From SAR202 cluster bacterium (lineage in GTDB: Bacteria; Chloroflexota; Dehalococcoidia; Lucifugimonadales; UBA3495): 64,000 nucleotides of DNA. This document shows, one piece after another, positions 42,747 through 52,236 of the stretch; position 1 is the first letter of the stretch; each line of letters opens with the position of its first letter. The notes beneath the pieces were generated by a model that worked only from the letters and a program-made list of their open reading frames with translations, was not told where the DNA came from and made no database searches. The DNA lies in NCBI GenBank assembly GCA_016872385.1, contig VGZV01000007.1, positions 735-64,734 on the forward strand, given 5' to 3'. Position numbers and translations under genes: made by a program.

Positions 42747-43220
42747 CTAGTGGGGAATTGCCGCCCTGGCCTGAGCCAGCAGCTCCTCCGTGGTATTTTC
42801 CAAGTTGATGGGGTCGCCGTGGGGCTGCGGGACCGGGTAGCCGGTCTTGTAGTAGAGTTCGATGCGGTTGCCTTCGGGATCAAAGAAATACAGACCCAGG
42901 GCGTTGCCATGACTCACCGTGCGGTCAATCTTCATGCCCTCTTTCTTCAGGCGCAGGTAAAATTCCCGCAGGTCGTCCACGCTGGCAACCTTGAAGGAGA
43001 TTTGCTGGATTACCTTGGCGTCGGCGGGCGCAGCCCGGCCCTTCATCAGTACGAATTCGTGGTGCTCGTACTCGGGGTCTGAGCTAAGAAAGGTCATTCC
43101 GCGGCCCTCCAGGTCTTCGTCGGCAATTTTCAGCCCCATCACCCTGGTGTAGAAGTCCCGCATTTTCATCAGGTCGTTGGCATACACGCCGACATGACCC
43201 AGGCCATCAATCTTGGGCAT
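42747..43220 (-). CDS. VOC/glyoxalase-family protein
   Basis: LGHVG, FYTRVMG, YFFDPEGNRIE. Confidence 0.88.
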   Translation of the reverse strand: MPKIDGLGHVGVYANDLMKMRDFYTRVMGLKIADEDLEGRGMTFLSSDPEYEHHEFVLMKGRAAPADAKVIQQISFKVASVDDLREFYLRLKKEGMKIDRTVSHGNALGLYFFDPEGNRIELYYKTGYPVPQPHGDPINLENTTEELLAQARAAIPH

Positions 43221-43261
43221 GACTACTGACCTCCCGAAAAAGTTGCAGCCATTATACCACC

Positions 43262-43903
43262 CTATGCGGTGGTCTTACGTTTTCTGATGTACTCTGGACT
43301 GACGATGCCCCCGGAAAGCACCAGCCGCATGGCCATCTGCACTGGCATCTCGGTGTCATACACCTCATCCATCGGGAGGATTGCCACCCAGCCAGACTGG
43401 GGCGTAGGCGCGGTAGGTATATAGACAATGGCCAGCGTCTTGCCATCTTCATCCTTGGTGACGCTGGTGAGAAACCCTATGGTCCAGGCGCCAGGCCGGG
43501 GATACTCAATGAGCACCACGCGCTTGAATCCGGTGTCAGAGGTGCCGGAGAAGGACTCGATTAGCTGCTTGGCGGATGAATAGACCGTGTTGATGATGGG
43601 CACTCTTAGCAAGAGGCGCTGGCTCATGTGGATAATCATGCGGCCCAGGAAAAATGTGCTGAGGAGTCCGGCAGCATAGACTAGCAACAGTACGATTATC
43701 ACTCCGAGGCCAGGAATGTGACGCCCAAGGAAGGCTTCGATGGCTGGCTGCAACAGACCGTCTATGGCGTCAAACAGGAACTTCAGCACCAGGTAGGTGA
43801 TGCCCACAGGCACCAGCAACAGCAGCCCGGCGCCCAGAGTGCGGGTGAAATGGCCGGTGACCTTGCTCCGCAGGTAGTGGTGGCGACGGTGTGGTTCTGC
43901 CAT
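43262..43903 (-). CDS. DUF502 membrane protein
   Basis: AGLLLLVPVGIT, VLIEYPRPG, YIPTAPTPQSG, SGG. Confidence 0.9.
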   Translation of the reverse strand: MAEPHRRHHYLRSKVTGHFTRTLGAGLLLLVPVGITYLVLKFLFDAIDGLLQPAIEAFLGRHIPGLGVIIVLLLVYAAGLLSTFFLGRMIIHMSQRLLLRVPIINTVYSSAKQLIESFSGTSDTGFKRVVLIEYPRPGAWTIGFLTSVTKDEDGKTLAIVYIPTAPTPQSGWVAILPMDEVYDTEMPVQMAMRLVLSGGIVSPEYIRKRKTTA

Positions 43904-43906
43904 GGT

Positions 43907-46168
43907 TTAGGCGGGTTGGCTGCGCAGGGCCTGGAGGACCCGCTCAGCAGTGATGGGCAATTGGGTGACGCTTGCTCCCACCGCGTCCAGCACGGCGTTG
44001 GCGATGGCCGGGGCTACCGCGCTGATGGGCTGCTCGCCAATGGCCTTGCCGCCGTAGGGACTGGGCCCGCCGCTCTGGCTTTGCACCAGCACGGTGCGCA
44101 GAGGCGGAATGTCAGCAATGGTCGGCATCTTGTATTCGCCAAAGGTCAGGGTGGAGATTCGGCCATCCTCATGCTTCAGCTCTTCTAAAAGCGCATAGCC
44201 AAGTCCCTGCATAACCCCGCCATCAATCTGTCCCTGGTGGGCTTGCGGGTTAAGCACCGTGCCCACGTCCTGGGCAGTGGTAAAGTTCAGCACCTTTACC
44301 TGGCCGGTCTCCCGGTCCACCGCTACTTCCGCCACCTGGGCCGTAAAGCAGGTCAGGTCCTCGTCACGCTCGGAGTCATAAGTGAAGTCCCCTTCCACCA
44401 GTCCGCCGGACCTGGCGGCCAGCGCGCCCAGGGACACGGCCTGATGCCCCGCAGCGGCGACCATGCTTTCCTTAAAAACAACCTGGCTTTCCGGCCAGCC
44501 GTACAAGTCGGCGGCCAGGGCTGCCAGTTTGGCGCGCACTGCCCGGGCGGCGCCGTACACCGCCTGCCCGCCCACGTGAGTCACCCGGCTGCCGCCTACT
44601 CCAGAGTCAAACCGGGCGTCGTCAGTGCTCCAGGGGACCAGGCTAACTTCGTTATAGGGCACGCCCAGCTCTTCGCTCACTACTTGCCGCAGCATGGTGT
44701 AGAAACCAGCTCCAGTGTCTTGCAAGGGCGTATACAACGTTACTTGACCCTGGCCATCCACCGAGATCTTGGCCGTGGAGCTACCCGCACCCACGTGCCG
44801 TTCGCAGACGGCGATACCGCGGCCCACCTTCCAGTCGCCTCCGTCCGCCGCCAGGTCAGGCGGCGTCATCTTGGGAGCCTGGTAGCCGGCCTCCCGCACA
44901 GCGGCGTCCAGGGTGGGCTTGCCCATAAAGTTGCGCCAGTGGTGGCCCAGCGGCGACTCCTCCCCGTCCCTGACCAGGTTGTGCAGCCGGAACTGGTAGG
45001 GGTCCATGCCCAGCTCCCTGGCAATCAGGTCAATCTGGCACTCCGAAGCAAAGGTAGACTGGGGCGCCCCAGGGGCGCGCATGTTGCCGCAAGGCACCTT
45101 GTTGGTATAGACGAGGTAAGAGTCAATCTGGCTGTGCTCCATGCGGTACGGGCCAATGGCTCCAATTCCGTAGGTAATGCCTTTCTGAGGGCGGAAAGCG
45201 CCGTAGGCCCCGCTGTCAAAAATCAGCCTGGCGTGCCGGGCGGTAATGGTTCCGTCCCGCTTGACGCCGGTCTTGAAGGTCATCACCGCAGGATGGCGCG
45301 GGTTGGCGGCCATCAGTTCCTCGATGTAGTTCATCACCATGCGCACCGGGCGGCCAGTGGCTTTGGACAGCCAGTAGGCCACGTGGGAGTCCATGAAGGA
45401 CCCCTTGCCGCCGAAGTCGCCGCCGATATTAATAGGGTTGATGCGGATGCGGTCCTGGGGCAAGCCAATTCCTTCGGAGAGTTGGCGGCGCAGCAGGAAG
45501 GGGGTCTTACAGTTAACCCACATTTGCAGCCGGCCTTGACCATCCACTTGGGCGATGACGGCGTGGGGTTCAATGTACCCCTGGTGCTGGTGGGGAGTGC
45601 GGAAGGTATGTTCAAAGATGTAGTCTGCCTGGGCGAACCCTTCCGCCACGTTGCCGATGCCCCAGGTGGCGCGGGCCATGGCATTGGGATGTTCCTGCGG
45701 ATCATCGGCGCGCCCGGCATACTTCATAAAGTTGGGGTGCAGCACTGGGGCGTATGCCTCCAGGGCTTCCACCGGGTCGAACACCGCAGGCAGTTCCTCA
45801 TAGTCCACTTCTATCAGGTTGAGGGCGTGCTGGGCAATGTCCAGGTCGTCGGCGGCCACCGCGGCCACCTTCTGTCCCACAAACCGCACCACGTCTTTGG
45901 CCAGCATGGGAAAGTCCCGCAGCATGCGGCCCACCAGATTCTCAGGAATGTCCTGGCCGGTGAGCACTGCCCGCACCCCCGGCAGACGGCGAGCGGCGGA
46001 GGCGTCTATGGACTTGATGCGGGCGTGGGGGTACGGGCTGCGCAAACACTTGCCCGCCAGCAGGCCGGGCAGGTTCAGGTCAGCCGTGTACAAGGCAGCG
46101 CCGGTGACTTTGTCCGGCCCCTCCGCCCGGCTTACGGGCTGGCCGATGGTCTGGTAGGAAGTGGTCAT
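43907..46168 (-). CDS. Xanthine dehydrogenase-family molybdopterin subunit
   Basis: KVTG..YTAD, RSPYPHA, GGDFGGK, MRAPG, GQIDGG..QG, GKAIGE. Confidence 0.93.
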   Translation of the reverse strand: MTTSYQTIGQPVSRAEGPDKVTGAALYTADLNLPGLLAGKCLRSPYPHARIKSIDASAARRLPGVRAVLTGQDIPENLVGRMLRDFPMLAKDVVRFVGQKVAAVAADDLDIAQHALNLIEVDYEELPAVFDPVEALEAYAPVLHPNFMKYAGRADDPQEHPNAMARATWGIGNVAEGFAQADYIFEHTFRTPHQHQGYIEPHAVIAQVDGQGRLQMWVNCKTPFLLRRQLSEGIGLPQDRIRINPINIGGDFGGKGSFMDSHVAYWLSKATGRPVRMVMNYIEELMAANPRHPAVMTFKTGVKRDGTITARHARLIFDSGAYGAFRPQKGITYGIGAIGPYRMEHSQIDSYLVYTNKVPCGNMRAPGAPQSTFASECQIDLIARELGMDPYQFRLHNLVRDGEESPLGHHWRNFMGKPTLDAAVREAGYQAPKMTPPDLAADGGDWKVGRGIAVCERHVGAGSSTAKISVDGQGQVTLYTPLQDTGAGFYTMLRQVVSEELGVPYNEVSLVPWSTDDARFDSGVGGSRVTHVGGQAVYGAARAVRAKLAALAADLYGWPESQVVFKESMVAAAGHQAVSLGALAARSGGLVEGDFTYDSERDEDLTCFTAQVAEVAVDRETGQVKVLNFTTAQDVGTVLNPQAHQGQIDGGVMQGLGYALLEELKHEDGRISTLTFGEYKMPTIADIPPLRTVLVQSQSGGPSPYGGKAIGEQPISAVAPAIANAVLDAVGASVTQLPITAERVLQALRSQPA

Positions 46169-46228
46169 GGCAGTTATCTCCTGGTAAGGATGGCGCGCTG
46201 GACTTTGCTCCAGAAGGGCGGCGGCAGG

Positions 46229-46783
46229 TTACGCTGAGAAAATATCCCTCAAAGGCAAAGCAAAACCTGGAAATAGCTCTTCATCTTCCAGAGAGGTTTC
46301 TCCGGAGAAAATTCAGGCAGTGCTGTCGGACCGGTAAACCACCACGGTGCGGGTGGCAGGATAAACCACCCAGACCCGCTGAGCGCCGCTGCGCAGGTAT
46401 TCCTGAACTTGCTCATCCAGTGCGCTGGCAGTGTCATTGGGTGAGACCACTTCTACCGCCAGGTCTGGCGGGCCTTGAAAGTAGCCGGAGAACCCCGGCT
46501 CTGGGACCCGCTCCGTGACGACGAAAGCTGCATCTGGGCCGCGAACGTTGTCTGGCTGTGACATTAGGCGGAATCCCGTTTCCACCACCACCCTGCCCAG
46601 GTCGTGCCGGCGCACGAAAAACCGCAACTCGCTGGAGATATTGGAGGCGACTCCGCCGTGGTTCCAGCCTGGTGGCGGCATTTCTACTACTTCTCCTTTC
46701 ACAAGCTCAAAGTGCCCTTCTTTGCTGCTGTAAAGTTGGAAGAACTCTTCCGCCGTCAGGAGTTTTGTTTTCTGGGTTGTCAT
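46229..46783 (-). pseudogene. Uma2-family endonuclease with in-frame TGA
   Basis: ELVKG, RGPD, PDLAVEVVSP; after TGA (46313-46315) the frame continues IFSGETSLEDEELFPGFALPLRDIFSA-TAA, the usual Uma2 C-terminus. Confidence 0.82.
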
Positions 46784-46904
46784 AACAAGCACACCTTGGC
46801 TGGGCTACGCTGCTGTGGAATGTGGCCTACATTATACTCCATTGCCAGGTTGCTATCCTGGGCGCATAATAGGCCCAATTTGCGCACACCCACAGGAGGC
46901 AGCA

Positions 46905-48200
46905 ATGCGTGTTTTGCTCATTGCCACCAACCGCCACCATCGTTTGATGAGCCGCATGGACGCCCGGCCCTTGCCCATCGGCCTGGCCTACGTGGCTGGC
47001 TACCTGGACCCCCAGCGCCACCAGATCAAGTGCCTGGACCTGATGTTCTCGGAGGACTATCTGGGCGACGTGGAAGCGGCGGTGCGGGAATTCCAGCCCC
47101 AACTGGTGGGCATTTCCCTGCGCAACCTGAGCAACCACAGTTATCTGGATCCCCAGTGGGCCTTGCCCAGCACTAAAGAGGTTATTGACCGGGTGCGCAG
47201 CCTGGGCAACGCCACCATTGTCTGCGGCGGTCCAGCCTTTAGCCTGCTGCCCAGGGAATGCTTCACCTACCTGGGGCCGGACCTGGGCATCGCCGGGGAT
47301 GCTGGGGAGACCTTCGCCACTCTGGCCGACCGCCTGGAGGTGGGTGAGCCGTCGTATAAAGACCTGCCAGGGCTGGTGTACCGGGATGGGGGCGAGGTTG
47401 TGTTTAAAGGCGCACGTTGCGCCTCATCCTTTAGCAGGCCGCCCCGCTTTCAGGAGTTGGACTTGCCCAAGTATGCCAGCGCCGGCTTTGGCCTGGGCGT
47501 GCTGACCAAGCTGGGCAGCTTCAGCTATCCCAGTTCGGCTTCTGAGACCCAGCGGGAGTCCAGCGCCTGGCGGGTCATTCGTCCCATTCCTGAAGTAGTG
47601 GAGGAAGTGCGGGACTTGCGCCAGCGCTTGGGGCTGCGCAAGGTGTTCTTCATTGACAATGGCTTTAATGTGCCCTTGGCCCATGCCAAGGAGCTTTGCC
47701 GCGCTTTGATTGACGCCGACCTTGGCCTGCATTGGAACACGCCCCTGGCGCCCTACGGATGCGACGATGAGCTGATTGGGCTGATGAAAGAAGCGGGCTG
47801 CGCCCTGACGCTGATGGGCGGCCTGCGAGGCGATGCCCACGACGGCAGCACTCTGGACGACCGGCTGGAGCCGGTGGCGGAGACTTGCCGCAAGTGTGAG
47901 ACCGGCGACTTGCACTACACCATTTCCATGACCTTTGGCGAGCCAGGGGATAATCGGGAGACGGTGTCAAGGAAACTGTCTTTCCTGCGGGGCCTGAACC
48001 CGGCCATGGCTAATCTGCGCATTGGTGTGAGCATCCTGCCGGGCACCTCTGTGGCCAAGCAGGCGGTGGCCGAGGGCCTGGTGGCCGACGAGAGTGAGCT
48101 AATCAAGCCCACCTTCTACATCGCTCCAGCGGTGCGGGATTGGCTGGTGGACCACCTGATGGCGGAGGCGGCAGGCCACCCCCGCTGGAATTTGCTGTAG
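46905..48200 (+). CDS. Cobalamin-binding radical-SAM-fold protein lacking CxxxCxxC
   Basis: PLPIGLAYVA, VGISLRN, IVCGGPAFS, FFIDNGFN, FGEPGD; GGAGG RBS. Confidence 0.8.
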   Translation: MRVLLIATNRHHRLMSRMDARPLPIGLAYVAGYLDPQRHQIKCLDLMFSEDYLGDVEAAVREFQPQLVGISLRNLSNHSYLDPQWALPSTKEVIDRVRSLGNATIVCGGPAFSLLPRECFTYLGPDLGIAGDAGETFATLADRLEVGEPSYKDLPGLVYRDGGEVVFKGARCASSFSRPPRFQELDLPKYASAGFGLGVLTKLGSFSYPSSASETQRESSAWRVIRPIPEVVEEVRDLRQRLGLRKVFFIDNGFNVPLAHAKELCRALIDADLGLHWNTPLAPYGCDDELIGLMKEAGCALTLMGGLRGDAHDGSTLDDRLEPVAETCRKCETGDLHYTISMTFGEPGDNRETVSRKLSFLRGLNPAMANLRIGVSILPGTSVAKQAVAEGLVADESELIKPTFYIAPAVRDWLVDHLMAEAAGHPRWNLL

Positions 48201-48221
48201 ACAGCAGATGAGACCCAAAAA

Positions 48222-48251
48222 TGTAGGGGCGGGTGTGAAACCCGCCCCTAC
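48222..48251. repeat. GTAG-type REP hairpin
   Basis: GTAGGGGCGGG..CCCGCCCCTAC; related copies near 6208, 16788, 18272, 42688, 54400, 58693. Confidence 0.75.
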
Positions 48252-48292
48252 GGCTTGCCAATGTCTATGAATATCCCTTCTCCCACAAGGGG

Positions 48293-48424
48293 GGCTTTGC
48301 CCGAAAATTGCCAAAGGACAGCTTGTCGTTCCGGCGGAAGCCGGAACCCAGATATAGCCGCAGCCCCGCGGAGGGCCTGGACACCGGCTTTCGCCGGTGT
48401 GACGACGATTTTTCGGGCAAAGCT
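48293..48424. mobile_element. 132-bp MITE with GGCTTTG ends
   Basis: TIR GGCTTTGCCCGAAAA / TTTTCGGGCAAAGCT; 9-bp direct repeat CACAAGGGG. Confidence 0.85.
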
Positions 48425-48475
48425 CACAAGGGGAGAGGAGAAAATACCCGCAAATGCTAATGTGGGCTAAACTTA

Positions 48476-48631
48476 GAGCCTGTGTGAGAAATGCCGTCTA
48501 CCCAGCCCGCTCATCCTGAGCTTGTCGAAGGATGAGTAGCTTTTAGCCCACTCATGGTTCGACAAGCCCCGACCTGGTCGGGATCCCGATACGTCGGGAC
48601 TCACCACGAGCGGGAATTGTCACACACCCTC
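48476..48631. mobile_element. 156-bp MITE, copy 2 (inverted)
   Basis: GAG...CTC ends flanked by TTA on both sides. Confidence 0.88.
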
Positions 48632-48647
48632 TTAGCGACGCTACCAG

Positions 48648-50162
48648 CTAGACTCCTGCCAGGTTCACGGCCAGCTGGGCCAGGGTGCGGGCGGGTGCGC
48701 CGGTAGGCCCCTTCACCAGGTGGCCCTTGTCCCGCTCGGCGGTGGCGGTGCCCGCAATGTCCAGGTGCACCCAGGGCACGTCGCCGGCGAACTGGACCAG
48801 CAGCCAGGCGGCGGTAATAGAACCGGCCTGCCGCCCGCCGCTGTTCTTCATGTCCGCCACGTCGCTGCGAATTAGCTCTTTGTACTCTTCCAGCATGGGC
48901 AGCTGCCAGAACTGCTCGCCACTATTCCGCCCCGCTACTATTACCTGTTCCGCCAGGGCCTGGTTGTTGGACATCAGCCCGGTGCAGGCCTTGCCCAAGG
49001 TTGTTACCATCGCTCCGGTGAGGGTTGCCACGTCCACCAGCCGGGTCAGCCCCAAGCGCCGGGCGTAGCAAATAGCGTCGGCCAGCACCAGGCGGCCCTC
49101 GGCGTCGGTGTTCACCACCTCGATGGTCTTGCCGTTCATGGCCCGCACCACGTCGCCGGGGCGCTGGGCAGTGCCGCTGGGCATGTTTTCGGTGGCGGTA
49201 ACCAGGCCGGTGACGTTAATTCTGGGCTGGAGTTTGGCGATAATCTGCATGGCGGCAATAACCGCGGCCCCGCCCGCCATATCTCCCTTCATGCGCTCCA
49301 TGCCTTCCGGGGTCTTCAAGGACAGGCCGCCACTGTCAAAGGTGATGCCTTTGCCCAGGAGCCCCAGGTTGTTGCTGGGGTTGGCAGGGTCGCCGACATA
49401 CTCCAGCACAATGAGTTTGGGCGGCTCCTGGCTGCCCTGGGCCACGCCCAGCAGCGCCCCCATGCCTAACTCTGCCATCTGGGGCCGGTCCAGCGCCCTG
49501 AACTCCAGGCCGCTGCCTTGGGCCACCCGCTCCGCCACCTGCGCCATTTCTGTGGGGGTCATCACGTTGGCTGGATGGTTCACCATGTCTCGCGCCAGGC
49601 AGGTGGCCTCAGCCATTACCTGGCCCACGCGCACTCCCGCCTCCAGGTCAGGAACCCTGGCAGCGTCGCGGTCCAGGGTGGTCAGTTCTTCCAACTCTCC
49701 CTCTGGTTCTCCATTTCCTGCATTGGAGAAGTGGTGGCGGAAGCGGTACAGGCCCAGGATGGCGCCTTCGGCAATGGCCTGGCCGGAAGCCTTTGCTCCC
49801 AGCCCGCCGATGCCCGCGCCGTGGGCAATGGTCACGGCCTGCTTGATGCCCCGGCGGCGAAGATAGCGGACTACGTCGCCGCAGACCTGGCGCACCACCT
49901 GGGCATCGAACTTTTCGGCAGGTCCCAGCCCGGCCACCACTACCCGGGCAGCGGGCATCTTGCCCAGGGTGTGTATCAGGGTGATTTCCCCCGCCTTGCC
50001 TTTAATCTCTCCGTCCCGGATGAGCTGGCTGATGGCCCCGCCCAGGGCGTGGTCCGCCGCCCCCGTGGCGCCGCCGGGCCGTGTTACTCCCTGGAACAGG
50101 TTCACCACCAGGGCTGGAGTCTGCGCCTGGGTGACGTCGCCGTGGCGGACGTTAATTTGCAT
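48648..50162 (-). CDS. pepA: M17 leucyl aminopeptidase
   Basis: GKGITFDSGG, MKGDMAG, NTDAEGRLVLAD, HLDIAG; start trimmed to ATG 50162. Confidence 0.95.
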   Translation of the reverse strand: MQINVRHGDVTQAQTPALVVNLFQGVTRPGGATGAADHALGGAISQLIRDGEIKGKAGEITLIHTLGKMPAARVVVAGLGPAEKFDAQVVRQVCGDVVRYLRRRGIKQAVTIAHGAGIGGLGAKASGQAIAEGAILGLYRFRHHFSNAGNGEPEGELEELTTLDRDAARVPDLEAGVRVGQVMAEATCLARDMVNHPANVMTPTEMAQVAERVAQGSGLEFRALDRPQMAELGMGALLGVAQGSQEPPKLIVLEYVGDPANPSNNLGLLGKGITFDSGGLSLKTPEGMERMKGDMAGGAAVIAAMQIIAKLQPRINVTGLVTATENMPSGTAQRPGDVVRAMNGKTIEVVNTDAEGRLVLADAICYARRLGLTRLVDVATLTGAMVTTLGKACTGLMSNNQALAEQVIVAGRNSGEQFWQLPMLEEYKELIRSDVADMKNSGGRQAGSITAAWLLVQFAGDVPWVHLDIAGTATAERDKGHLVKGPTGAPARTLAQLAVNLAGV

Positions 50163-50976
50163 GTTGGTTCCTCCGCGCTGCGACTGCGGAACTCCCGGCA
50201 CTGGTAAACTGGCCCATTGCTTCCTCCAGCAGCCGGTTGAAAGTAGCCGGGTCTTCTAACATGACAAAATGACCGACGCCCGACATCAGGACAATCTTCA
50301 GCCCGCAGGCCGCCGCCGTCTCCAGGTCGTTGGGCCGGTAATCGGAGTTGATGGCTAACTTGGGCATTCGCAGGTTGGACAGGGTAGTGCGGAGCTGGTC
50401 TCGGTAGCGTCGGTTATTTTCCATGGCGCTGATGCCCACTTCTGGCGGGGCTGCCGCCATGTCCTGGATGATCCATTCCTTTTGCTGGGAGTCAGAGGCC
50501 GGAATAAACATATCCGGCACGTACCTGCGGGCGCTGGCGGTAAAGTCGTTTCGGAAGGGGGCCAGCAGCTTGGCGATGTCCTGGGATGTGAAGGTCACTG
50601 CCAGATTGCGGAAAGTATCGGTTCCCACCAGGCCAATAACGCGCTGGGGCATCTGGCGGGCGGCCTCTGCTACCACCGGCCCGCCCATGGAGTGGCCCAC
50701 CAGCACTACTTGGGACAGTTCCAATTTCTCTACCACTGCCTTCACGTCGCTGCCAAAGGCGGGCATGGTCCAATCCTTGCGTCCCGGGCCGGACTCGCCG
50801 TGGCCGCCCAGGTCCACGGTCACCACCTGGTGTGTTTGGGCGAAGTAGGGCGCCTGAGCGGCCCAGTAAGTGCGGTCGCAGCACCAGCCGTGGACCAGCA
50901 CCAGGGCCGGGTTGCCAGCACCCTGGGTCTCATAGTGGATGGACACGCCATCGGGGGCTGTGGCTACGCCTTTCAT
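50152..50976 (-). CDS. Alpha/beta hydrolase
   Basis: VHGW, DLGGHGES, GHSMGG, GHF; GGAGG RBS. Confidence 0.9.
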   Translation of the reverse strand: MKGVATAPDGVSIHYETQGAGNPALVLVHGWCCDRTYWAAQAPYFAQTHQVVTVDLGGHGESGPGRKDWTMPAFGSDVKAVVEKLELSQVVLVGHSMGGPVVAEAARQMPQRVIGLVGTDTFRNLAVTFTSQDIAKLLAPFRNDFTASARRYVPDMFIPASDSQQKEWIIQDMAAAPPEVGISAMENNRRYRDQLRTTLSNLRMPKLAINSDYRPNDLETAAACGLKIVLMSGVGHFVMLEDPATFNRLLEEAMGQFTSAGSSAVAARRNQHAN

Positions 50977-51075
50977 GGTCTGCCTCCTCCATGGTGATGC
51001 GGCTAAGGTGCATGACAATTTCCGCTCATGGTAAGCAAGTCGAACCATGAGCGGGTCAATGTCCACCTATCCTTA

Positions 51076-51189
51076 GAGCGTGTTTAAAAAGTCATTGCGA
51101 GGGGCGTAGCCCCGAAGCAATCGCGTGCCCAGGACAAGATTGCTTCGCTTCACTCGCAATGACCAGAGACAATCTTTTTAGACAAGCTC
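51076..51189. mobile_element. MITE-like element with GAG ends carrying a GTCA-type REP pair
   Basis: TIR GAGCGTGTTTAAAAAG / CTTTTTAGACAAGCTC; internal GTCATTGCGAG...CTCGCAATGAC. Confidence 0.7.
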
Positions 51190-51230
51190 AGGATGAGCGG
51201 ACAATGGAAATAGCAATGCTCACATACATG

Positions 51231-51872
51231 CTAACTTCGGGACTGGTCGCTGCGGGCGGCGGTAATCCGCCACACCACTTCTTCCACCACTGGTGTGATG
51301 TCCTGGGAGGTATCGGCGGTAAAGTGGGGACGGCCAATGGGCTGCTCCAGGGGCATCAGGCGGCAGTAAATGAGCCAGTCGGCGTCGGAGAAGCTGGCGT
51401 GATTCTTGCCGTCTGCCCTGGCCATCAGCCTGCGCCGCACTACGTTTTTGGGGGCGATTACATGCACCAGCGCCAGCGGCACTTTCAGGCGGTCGGTGAT
51501 GTCGTACAGCGGCAGGCGGTGGCCTTCTGTGAGATTGGTGGCGTCAAAGAGCACGCGCCTTCCTTCCTTCAAGAACTCCTCAATGAGAAGGTAGCAGGCG
51601 GCGAACAGCCGGGCGCTTTCTCCGGGTGTGTACTGGGGGACACCCACCAGGGCTTTGCGCAGCCGGTCGCTGCTCAGCACCACAAAGGGGACCCGTTTCA
51701 GCAGCTCTCTGCTGAAGTGGGACTTGCCAGTGCCGGGCAAGCCGCACAGCGCCACCAGAAACGCCTGGCTCTTGGGACCGGGCGGGGCCAGTTTCAGGTC
51801 TTCTGCCAGCGCACTGCGCAGCATGGCGGTATCCTGCTGGAGCAAATCCTGGTTCACATGGTTGGCGGTCAT
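51231..51872 (-). CDS. AAA_33-type P-loop kinase
   Basis: CGLPGTGKS, SSDRLRK, FDATN, SDAD. Confidence 0.85.
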   Translation of the reverse strand: MTANHVNQDLLQQDTAMLRSALAEDLKLAPPGPKSQAFLVALCGLPGTGKSHFSRELLKRVPFVVLSSDRLRKALVGVPQYTPGESARLFAACYLLIEEFLKEGRRVLFDATNLTEGHRLPLYDITDRLKVPLALVHVIAPKNVVRRRLMARADGKNHASFSDADWLIYCRLMPLEQPIGRPHFTADTSQDITPVVEEVVWRITAARSDQSRS

Positions 51873-51935
51873 GGCCGGCGCCTGGCGTGCCCCCTAATGC
51901 CGTCCTTGGGAAAACTTGGTCTCTTTACTGGCTGG

Positions 51936-52226
51936 CTACGCGCTCAGTATTACGGAAAGCAGCACGTAGCGGATGATTTCCAGCAGAATGATGGCCACCA
52001 TGGGGCTGAGGTCCAGGAATCCAAAATTGGGCAGCACCCTGCGAATGGGGCCCAGGATTGGCTCGCTGAGTTGGGTGGCCACAGTGTACAGCGCCATCAG
52101 AAACGCATTGGGCCGGGGCCCGATCGTGGGCACCAGCAGGGACAGTATAATCCGGGCTATGATGGCGCCGTAGAAAATCCAGAAGATGAGGTTAACCAGG
52201 TTAACCGGGTCGCGCAAAAATTCCAA
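51936..52226 (-). CDS. YggT family membrane protein
   Basis: SEPILGPIRRVLP..G.LDLSP; follows proC. Confidence 0.9.
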   Translation of the reverse strand: MEFLRDPVNLVNLIFWIFYGAIIARIILSLLVPTIGPRPNAFLMALYTVATQLSEPILGPIRRVLPNFGFLDLSPMVAIILLEIIRYVLLSVILSA

Positions 52227-52236
52227 GAGACAGTCC

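Noticed and set aside
43907-46168. Aerobic CO dehydrogenase large subunit
   Set aside because: Active-site loop reads AYGAFRP, not AYxCSFR or AYRGAGR.
44237-46237. 666-aa plus-strand ORF and similar long shadow ORFs (e.g. 17497-18756, 21382-22587, 35978-37333, 51159-52256)
   Set aside because: Antisense to well-supported genes in high-GC DNA, with no recognisable motifs.
46313-46315. Selenocysteine in the Uma2 gene
   Set aside because: Not a Cys/redox position and no convincing downstream hairpin.
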